Of a stretch of 64,000 bases of DNA, positions 57,762-64,000 are shown one piece after another. The notes under the pieces were generated by a model. That model searched no databases and was not told the origin of the DNA. It saw only the letters and a list, made by a program, of their open reading frames with translations. The first letter of the stretch is position 1, and each line of letters starts with the position of its first letter. The DNA is from a virus: positions 1 through 64,000 of IMG/VR virus record IMGVR_UViG_3300037961_002813, one strand, 5' to 3'. The position numbers and the translations under genes were made by a program.

Positions 57762-60418
57762 TACTCATCATCTCCTTCTGCGAACTCCCATACTCCCATC
57801 TCAACATCTTCTTCATTAGTTAAGTGTGAAGGTAGGTCAAGTTTCTCGGTAACTGTTAGGACACCCTCCATCACACAAGTAAGTACATACTGCATGCTCA
57901 CATTTTCAACCATCTGTTTATCCCATGCCGAGTGCATACCTAGTGGATTTAGTGGATACTTACCCAACGCTACATGGTAAAACATAAGAGGCTCAAAGAT
58001 ACTGTCATATAACTCCACACCATAACAGTTGCACAGTTCATACACCTCTTTCTCTAGTGCTTTCAAGTCTGTCTCACCTACCCATTGGTTCATCTTTAGG
58101 AACTCACCTGTGTTTTCTGTTGGCATCTGTGCTAACCATGCGGAGTAGTACTTGTTCAGTTTGTCAGTAACCCACTGCGGCATGTCAAAGTGTTTCTTCA
58201 AGAAGGCTGATGCTAGTAGGTAAGTGGTTTGGTTGTAGGTACTTTCCTTAGCCATGTTCTTGAAGGTAAAGATGAGTGAGTCTATCAAGGGAACACTAGG
58301 TGGGGAAGGAGGGGTATCACTAGGTAAGGACATATCAAGTTCCTTGTCCGGCACAGGTGGTGCTAAGTCAGTCTGCTTTTGCTGACCTAACATATCATGT
58401 GCATGAGTCTTGCATGTAGGACACTTGGTGTGACCACAAGGGATGAAGTAAGATGCGGAAGTATCACTGCCGTACTTACCGTGATGCCACTTGTTGAAGT
58501 CCTCCGGTAGTTGGTGGTACACTACCGGGAGGTCATCGTCAAGGAACATAGGATGCTTTGCCATGTACTCAAAGGAGTGACCAAGCCTGTTGTTGGCGTA
58601 GTTAGTAACTGCTGTGTAGTCATGAAGGTTGTTGAAGGTCATACCACGCTTGTCCCACGCATCCTTAGCGGCATAGAAGATGTTGAAGATGTTGTTCTTA
58701 CGCTCACGCATAGTGTTTGCTGTGATAACACCGATGTCAGTACCCATGTCGAAGGCTATCTTCTGTATGAACTTGTCAAGGAAGAAGCCGTTGTTGTGTA
58801 CGATGTTCTCACAGTCATTGGTAACACCACATAGGTAACTCATGTTCTCTTTGTTAGGAGTCTCTTGCATCTGCTTGATGGCCTTAGCAACAAGGAGTGC
58901 TTTGTTGGTAGCGTCGGCATACTTAGTGCCACCGTAGCCACCACTCCAACCTGTGTCGTAGACTTTCTTCAACCATGTTAGCCCACCGATGTAAGAGTCA
59001 AGAGTGATAGGTACTTGCTCGACAGTAGAGTAGAAGGCTTGCCTGTCTGTGGTTAGGTGGTTAGTGATGTTAAGAAGTTCAGCCTCACGGTCATGCCACT
59101 TGCCGTAGTACAAAGCGTGTAGTGTAGTCCAGTGCAAAGGAGTCTTGTTCTTCTTCTGTCCGTAGTGTCTTGCTTCACCAAGTGATACGGAGTAAGGTGC
59201 GGCTACCATGTAACCGGCAAAGACACCTGCAAGGTAAGCAGTTTGTTCCGGCTCATGAAGCATCTGTCCATCCATGTACTGATGGAACAAGTTAGACAAC
59301 CAACCGTACTGACGGGAGTGGTTGTATAAACCAACATCAACACCCTCCATGAAAGCATCTGCATACTCCATGATGTCATAAGGCACAGGCTCTATGGAAG
59401 GGTCGTCACATACCCAACCGCTAACGACTTGAACATAAGTGTCACCAACATTGACAGCACCCTTGATGTAAGGAACATTATACTTAACACACTGACCACA
59501 GTGATGAGTACCGTCAGTACCAAGAGGGTGAGATACTACAAGACCATCCTTGCCCGCATGCTCACGCAACTGTTCTTCAAGCCACGCTAACTCCGAGTCA
59601 TCAGCACACTTGACATGGATGATTTGCTTGACCTCGACCATACCATCGTCGCAACCAAAGAGGTTACCACTGTACAGGTTACCATCAAAGTCACTTGGCA
59701 TAGAAGGGGCAGGTGCTATTGGTGGTGCGCCATGAGAACCACGCAACTGAACTAAGTAAGTGTCACGAACCATGTAACCATTAGAGTTACGGGCATCCCT
59801 CGCTTGAGTGCTAACGAACTCTAACTCTATCTTGCTTGGGTCTATGTCTATCTTATCTAAGTCATGGGTGAGGTAGTTGTCATGTCCAACCTTGAGGATG
59901 ACTTTGAAACAGTCCTCACCTGCTGTGACACCTGCATTACCTTCACCGAAAACTATGTGAGAGTTGGGGTACATAACTGCTGATGCTACTGCATCAACGA
60001 AGGGTTGTACTATGAGCATACCTTGAGGGTCTATGTAACCATGCTTGTATGCGGGAGTTTCACTTGGGTCTTTGGACAACATAGTTCTAACTATGCGCTC
60101 TACTATCTCTCTTGCATCATCAAGAGTAGCGGCAGGAGAGGACTCAAGTACGCCCGGTCTAGGGTTGAGAGGGCATGCTCGTATGAACATCGGTCTATCT
60201 TCGGAGTAACTACGGCTACTCCATATCTTATCTATCGTTTCCAACGCTTCACTCACGAAGCGTTCCGTAGTCTCTTCGTCAAGGATGTCTCCCCACTGTA
60301 GACTCCACTTGATGTCATCAGTATCAAGCGTGGCGAGGTCTTGGTACAACCTACCATTGGTTTTTGCGGTCACATATTTTGCTAAGGCTTCTGCTTTTTG
60401 GCTCATCATATTTCTCAT
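57761..60418 (-). CDS. PEP-synthase/PPDK-like ATP-grasp plus phospho-His swivel domain protein with novel C-terminal domain
   Basis: FIRACP...PGVLES, LIVQPFV.AVASAV, GEG..GVTAG, IELEF, YLVQLR (ATP-grasp/PPDK_N pattern); LVVSHPLGTDGTHHCGQCVKYNVPYIKG (swivel GG.TSH....E.GIP.V.G-like). Confidence 0.65.
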   Translation of the reverse strand: MRNMMSQKAEALAKYVTAKTNGRLYQDLATLDTDDIKWSLQWGDILDEETTERFVSEALETIDKIWSSRSYSEDRPMFIRACPLNPRPGVLESSPAATLDDAREIVERIVRTMLSKDPSETPAYKHGYIDPQGMLIVQPFVDAVASAVMYPNSHIVFGEGNAGVTAGEDCFKVILKVGHDNYLTHDLDKIDIDPSKIELEFVSTQARDARNSNGYMVRDTYLVQLRGSHGAPPIAPAPSMPSDFDGNLYSGNLFGCDDGMVEVKQIIHVKCADDSELAWLEEQLREHAGKDGLVVSHPLGTDGTHHCGQCVKYNVPYIKGAVNVGDTYVQVVSGWVCDDPSIEPVPYDIMEYADAFMEGVDVGLYNHSRQYGWLSNLFHQYMDGQMLHEPEQTAYLAGVFAGYMVAAPYSVSLGEARHYGQKKNKTPLHWTTLHALYYGKWHDREAELLNITNHLTTDRQAFYSTVEQVPITLDSYIGGLTWLKKVYDTGWSGGYGGTKYADATNKALLVAKAIKQMQETPNKENMSYLCGVTNDCENIVHNNGFFLDKFIQKIAFDMGTDIGVITANTMRERKNNIFNIFYAAKDAWDKRGMTFNNLHDYTAVTNYANNRLGHSFEYMAKHPMFLDDDLPVVYHQLPEDFNKWHHGKYGSDTSASYFIPCGHTKCPTCKTHAHDMLGQQKQTDLAPPVPDKELDMSLPSDTPPSPPSVPLIDSLIFTFKNMAKESTYNQTTYLLASAFLKKHFDMPQWVTDKLNKYYSAWLAQMPTENTGEFLKMNQWVGETDLKALEKEVYELCNCYGVELYDSIFEPLMFYHVALGKYPLNPLGMHSAWDKQMVENVSMQYVLTCVMEGVLTVTEKLDLPSHLTNEEDVEMGVWEFAEGDDE

Positions 60419-60422
60419 CTCC

Positions 60423-60450
60423 TATTTCTTTCTTGGTTTATATATCATTT
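60423..60450 (-). promoter_or_regulatory. conserved TATA promoter motif copy 8
   Basis: Minus strand AAATGATATATAAACCAAGAAAGAAATA. Confidence 0.8.
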
Positions 60451-60581
60451 TCATTCAGTCTATCTTTCTTGTTTGGTATCTCGTGCATAGGTGGGGGTGT
60501 CCATTCACCCACGCCCATGATTAGTTCTTGGAACTCGTATGCTTTCACAAACGATATGGTGAAAACTATTTCGCTACTCAT
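60438..60581 (-). CDS. 47-aa micro-ORF ending in the promoter TATA
   Basis: MSSEIVFTISFVKAYEFQELIMGVGEWTPPPMHEIPNKKDRLNENDI*; ATGA-coupled. Confidence 0.45.
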   Translation of the reverse strand: MSSEIVFTISFVKAYEFQELIMGVGEWTPPPMHEIPNKKDRLNENDI

Positions 60582-61054
60582 AGTATCACCACCATAGCAT
60601 TGTCAAGTCTGTATTCCTTGCCACCATTATCAAGTGGCTCAAGCATAAAGTAAGTAACTCTTGTACCGTACATCTGTTTGGTCACACTCATAGCCTTGAA
60701 GTTCTTGGGTGTATCATAAGCAGGTTTAGTGATGTGCTTTGTCTGTATCCAAACAGATTCAGCATTCATGTAACTGCGTTTCAAGTTCACTTCAGTCTTG
60801 TTGTCTTTAGCATACACACGGATGCTTTGGGGAGTAAAACGATTTATGTTTCTGTGAGTAGACAGCGTAGGCCAACCACCATTACAAAGAAGTATCCTTC
60901 CGTCTAAGTACCAAGTGATGATGTCAGTATCATGGTAGCGTAGTGCATACTTGCCACCATCAAGCATGAACAGTCTAGTGTTAGAAGTCACAGGCTTGCC
61001 TTTGCTTGGGTCTCTTGCTCTACCAAAGAGATAAGCCACATCTTTGTACTTCAT
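60578..61054 (-). CDS. conserved phage hypothetical protein
   Basis: LRYHDTDII...ILLCNGGW.T.ST..NINRF pattern. Confidence 0.65.
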   Translation of the reverse strand: MKYKDVAYLFGRARDPSKGKPVTSNTRLFMLDGGKYALRYHDTDIITWYLDGRILLCNGGWPTLSTHRNINRFTPQSIRVYAKDNKTEVNLKRSYMNAESVWIQTKHITKPAYDTPKNFKAMSVTKQMYGTRVTYFMLEPLDNGGKEYRLDNAMVVIL

Positions 61055-61206
61055 TGTTCATCACACTCACTGCACAGTTCTGTGTACACATACTGTGTTC
61101 CTTTCCATTCATACTTGCATTTAAAACAGCGAGTGGGTAAGTTACTTTCGTAGTATGTAAGACCGCTTGCCATATCATATATTACTTGACCAATTTTGGG
61201 TTTCAT
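61051..61206 (-). CDS. 51-aa zinc-finger microprotein
   Basis: Start MKPKIG after promoter copy 9; CFKC...CSEC. Confidence 0.55.
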   Translation of the reverse strand: MKPKIGQVIYDMASGLTYYESNLPTRCFKCKYEWKGTQYVYTELCSECDEQ

Positions 61207-61213
61207 CAATTCA

Positions 61214-61241
61214 CATTTCTTAATTGGTTTATATATCATTT
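61214..61241 (-). promoter_or_regulatory. conserved TATA promoter motif copy 9
   Basis: Minus strand AAATGATATATAAACCAATTAAGAAATG. Confidence 0.8.
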
Positions 61242-61321
61242 GATTTCAGTCCACCGTTTTTCAATATCAGTCTTGTTAGTGTGGGTGCATATACTTTGAG
61301 GCTAAAAGTATCTTCGCCACT

Positions 61322-61476
61322 ATGTTCAATGTTCAAAATGTTCATCGCCATGTTCACTAAAATGAATAGTCATGTATTCACTAACACCTATGATAATAAT
61401 ATATTATTTATCTTAGAGAGAGTGTGAGTATGAGTATGTTCATTTCTTTGAACAACACTATGAGCAAAGTGAACAT
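61322..61476. repeat. ATGTTCA iteron cluster around an AT-rich palindrome
   Basis: ATGTTCA at 61322, 61329, 61338, 61350, 61436; inverted TGAACA at 61449, 61470; GATAATAATATATTATTTATC at 61392-61412. Confidence 0.7.
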
Positions 61477-61645
61477 TGACTATATCTTTCCTGTAGGTTA
61501 CAAGATGTAACTCGTACTCCCGTATAAGTATTTGAAAAGAGGGTACTGCGAGCAAGGGTCAGCCTCGCCCCTAAGAATAGTCACCCGCCCGTTAATATAC
61601 CGGGACTTAAATCTCGCTCTCGCTCGCACTAATGGAATTATTTTT

Positions 61646-61661
61646 CCAACCCATACGGGTG
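61646..61661. repeat. 16-bp inverted repeat, left copy (CCAACCCATACGGGTG)
   Basis: Exact reverse complement of 62913-62928. Confidence 0.8.
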
Positions 61662-61753
61662 TGTCGCAGTAACTCGCAAGGTGAACGGGTCAGCGAACCG
61701 CATGCGAGGCGACAACACCCCGACATCGCATGCGCTATGGCGAATTTGAAAAT

Positions 61754-61793
61754 AAAAAAAAGCCCCCACGCCCCCCGAAAGGGGCGCAGGGGC
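61754..61793 (-). terminator. intrinsic (hairpin + U8) terminator
   Basis: Minus strand GCCCCUGCGCCCCU-UUCG-GGGGGCGUGGGGGC then UUUUUUUU: 14-bp stem with GU pairs and UUCG loop, ~55 nt after the 61848 stop. Confidence 0.8.
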
Positions 61794-61847
61794 AGTTATA
61801 ACCCGCAGGTTATATCAGTTCATAAGTTTGCTAGGGTAGTCACCTAC

Positions 61848-62774
61848 TCAAGACAGGGACACATGACCGTTGGTCATTAGCCAAGTGATGCTGTTCATGG
61901 TTGCACCTGTGCCTGTGTAGACATCTTTTGGTGCGCCTTTGTCTTTGGCGATGTTTCTCACGGTTATGCTAGGCATGCTTGAGATGTTAGCGACGGTTAG
62001 TTTGACCTCTTCTTGCACAGGCTCGCTGACTGTTGGTTGTGGTGTTTCTGTTGCTTGCACTTGTGTAGGAGTGTTGGTTATGACCGCCATCTTCTTCATC
62101 TCTTTGCGCTCGGCAGATGTCTTGCCTTCATGCCACTGTGTGATGACCTTGCCTGTCTTTGGGTCTTTGATGTTGAACTCACATCTGCACCACTGCTTTC
62201 GTGCTTGACCTTCATACTCAAACGGCTTTTGTGTAGGGTCGTTAGCGGCGTAGAAAGCCTCACCCTTTTGCACAGCAGACATAACAGCGATGTCTTTTCT
62301 GTCCTCAAGCACCTTTTGGCGGATGTTACCCATTCCATGTGCTACAAGGTTGCGCTTGTTGCCTTTGTTCTTGCCGTTCAAGACCTCATGCTCATGGGAG
62401 AGCATGTCTAAGACTTGTGCTTCTGTGGCTGTGTAGGAAGGCACTTTCTCTTGGAACGCTTTGTTTGCATCCTCACGGAAACCTGCAAGGGCAACCATAG
62501 CGGTTACGACTTCTGCTCTTGTGTAAGTGATGTACTCACTTGGCATCCATGCGGTCTTTTCATTCTGCTTAGGGGCTTTACCTGTCCACTCAAGGTAACC
62601 GGCTTCTTCGTCGAAGGTCACAGGTAGGGACACAAACGCATGGTCACTTGCTAGGAAGTCATGCAGTTGGTTACATACAGGGGTAAACTGTTCACCTCTT
62701 GCGGCACTCCTGTCCACAGGAGTTGGGGTTACGGTCATAGGCTGGCTTGGGGTTTCTTGGCTTTGTTTGCTCAT
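61848..62774 (-). CDS. hypothetical early protein (~308 aa), GC-richer codon usage
   Basis: Own promoter (copy 10), GAGGTG SD before MSKQ at 62774, own terminator. Confidence 0.75.
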   Translation of the reverse strand: MSKQSQETPSQPMTVTPTPVDRSAARGEQFTPVCNQLHDFLASDHAFVSLPVTFDEEAGYLEWTGKAPKQNEKTAWMPSEYITYTRAEVVTAMVALAGFREDANKAFQEKVPSYTATEAQVLDMLSHEHEVLNGKNKGNKRNLVAHGMGNIRQKVLEDRKDIAVMSAVQKGEAFYAANDPTQKPFEYEGQARKQWCRCEFNIKDPKTGKVITQWHEGKTSAERKEMKKMAVITNTPTQVQATETPQPTVSEPVQEEVKLTVANISSMPSITVRNIAKDKGAPKDVYTGTGATMNSITWLMTNGHVSLS

Positions 62775-62792
62775 TTTTGACACCTCAACCAC

Positions 62793-62820
62793 CATTTCTT
62801 AGTTGGTTTATATATCATTT
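62793..62820 (-). promoter_or_regulatory. conserved TATA promoter motif copy 10
   Basis: Minus strand AAATGATATATAAACCAACTAAGAAATG. Confidence 0.8.
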
Positions 62821-62854
62821 GACTTCAGTAACTTGATTTTCAATATCGGAAAGT

Positions 62855-63340
62855 CATAGCATACACGCCATAGCACATAGCATCTAAGCACATGAAGGGA
62901 AGGTGCTATCCGCACCCGTATGGGTTGGGTCAAGGGTCGCTATTCATGGGGGTGCGAATGAGAGAAGGCTATGGGAGTAGGCAATACATGGGGGCGAGGG
63001 CGGGAGTGCCACTTAGGAATCTATAGAACGGCGCATGTGGGCGCAGGTAGGGGCGCAGTGTAGCGGTCTATAGAATGCCTGTGCCACACCCACGCCCCAC
63101 CCTCGCATAGCACGCACGCAAGGTTTAGCCATAGCACAAAGTGCTATGCCGTTCTATAGAACGGGGTACTGCGGCCATAGCATAGCCCATAGCACGCCCC
63201 ATAGCACGCCCCCTTAGAAGGAGAGATAGCCATAGCACACCCCATAGCACTTCTTTTAACCACGCACAGCATTTTAGAAAAAAAATTTTATAGAAAAAAA
63301 TTTACTGTAAAAGTAATTTTATAGCGAATATCTTTTATCC
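62855..63340. repeat. CATAGCA(C) iteron region plus AT-rich tract: candidate replication origin/packaging site
   Basis: CATAGCA at 62855, 62869, 62876, 63106, 63130, 63176, 63188, 63200, 63231, 63243; inverted at 63141; CTATAGAA at 63021, 63068, 63154; A/T tracts 63251-63340; at the divergent strand switch. Confidence 0.65.
62913..62928. repeat. 16-bp inverted repeat, right copy (CACCCGTATGGGTTGG)
   Basis: Exact reverse complement of 61646-61661. Confidence 0.8.
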
Positions 63341-63360
63341 TCATTGTTCTTAGCACCCGC

Positions 63361-63699
63361 ATGGTGGAGTATGACTTCTGTGATTGTTGTAGTCCTACCG
63401 AACTTGCTTTTGCAGTGATGAAAGCAAAGAAAAAGTCCAAGCCGTTTCACGGTTATAACCCAAATAGGCATCACCGAAAAGGTGGGCTAAACGCTAAAGG
63501 TAGGGCGGCGGCTAAGAGGAAAACCGGCGCAAACTTGAAGCCGCCTGTAACCACCAAACCGTCAAAACTCAAGCCCGGCTCTAAGAAAGCAAAGCGTCGT
63601 AAGTCTTTTTGTGCGAGAATGGGTGGTATGAAAGGGCCAACTTCTAAGAAGGGCAAATTGACACCAAAAGGTGCGGCATTGAAAAGGTGGAATTGTTAA
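63361..63699 (+). CDS. basic DUF6321-like phage protein
   Basis: GGLNAKGRA...GANLKPPV...RRKSFCARMGGMKG...GKLT...ALKRWNC pattern. Confidence 0.7.
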   Translation: MVEYDFCDCCSPTELAFAVMKAKKKSKPFHGYNPNRHHRKGGLNAKGRAAAKRKTGANLKPPVTTKPSKLKPGSKKAKRRKSFCARMGGMKGPTSKKGKLTPKGAALKRWNC

Positions 63700-64000
63700 T
63701 GACAGCGTTTAACCAAGCGTGGGATATATTAAAAATGCGCTTTAAAGATTTTCAAGGTAAAGCAAAAGGAATGCAAGATGATATTAAACATAGATATGCA
63801 AAAGAACACTCAATGGGTTATGGCGACTCAAATACAATGCCATTTCATGAACAAGAGACAGTTAATCAAAGCATAGTAGATAGATTAGTACATGATAAAA
63901 TGCAAGAAAACATGCAACAAGGTAGAGTAGGCGAGCAAACTACAGATGCATTAGCAAGTAATAAGCCTTTATTCGTACCTAGATATGATGCTCGTACAAT
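63699..64000 (+). CDS. hypothetical protein, 3' truncated (MTAFNQAWDILK...)
   Basis: TAATG-coupled ORF open to the end of the window. Confidence 0.65.
   Translation, partial: MTAFNQAWDILKMRFKDFQGKAKGMQDDIKHRYAKEHSMGYGDSNTMPFHEQETVNQSIVDRLVHDKMQENMQQGRVGEQTTDALASNKPLFVPRYDART

Noticed and set aside
24529-62627. Plus-strand ORFs within the minus-strand block (e.g. 37901..38401, 39097..39567, 57331..57819, 61632..61880)
   Set aside because: Antisense shadows, or ORFs overlapping terminator/repeat DNA, without recognisable features.
61646-62928. Classical IS element
   Set aside because: The enclosed protein shows no DDE/HUH transposase motifs and no target-site duplication is evident.
61242-63360. 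tRNA or rRNA genes in the GC-rich non-coding stretches
   Set aside because: No cloverleaf or T-loop GTTCRA in a suitable context was found by eye; tRNAscan-SE would settle it.

Overview
64 kb of a tailed archaeal dsDNA virus genome, most consistent with a magrovirus (virus of Marine Group II/Poseidoniales Euryarchaeota). That assignment is inferred from the group II chaperonin, archaeal-type PolB, primase, RFC, MCM-like and RPA-like genes, GAGGTGA Shine-Dalgarno sites and TATA-type promoters. Layout: (1) 1-24104, + strand tail module with the tape-measure C-terminus, tail proteins and a 6311-aa giant LamG-capped protein. (2) 24105-~41200, - strand thermosome plus replication/recombination block. 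(3) ~41200-62800, - strand accessory/early region of small, translationally coupled ORFs. Ten copies of a ~28-bp TATA promoter motif lie between 27788 and 62820, most of them in this region. (4) 61240-63360, repeat-rich non-coding control region (iterons, AT-rich tracts, a bacterial-style terminator, 16-bp inverted repeats), followed by the start of a + strand module. Most striking: 49464-51294 is a tandem gene array built from two alternating, nucleotide-identical repeats (22 bp and 21 bp) separating variable, frame-preserving segments. Further micro-gene arrays are joined by identical 16-23 bp SD/stop/start junctions (EVTA* and GGEEE* arrays). Together they look like a recombination-shuffled gene-cassette system. 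Also notable: a PPDK-like phosphotransferase with CX5R phosphatases and a kinase-like gene, an unannotated TFS/TFIIS-like zinc ribbon, and an apparently catalytically dead DNA ligase. All family assignments are by eye from motifs; no database searches were run.
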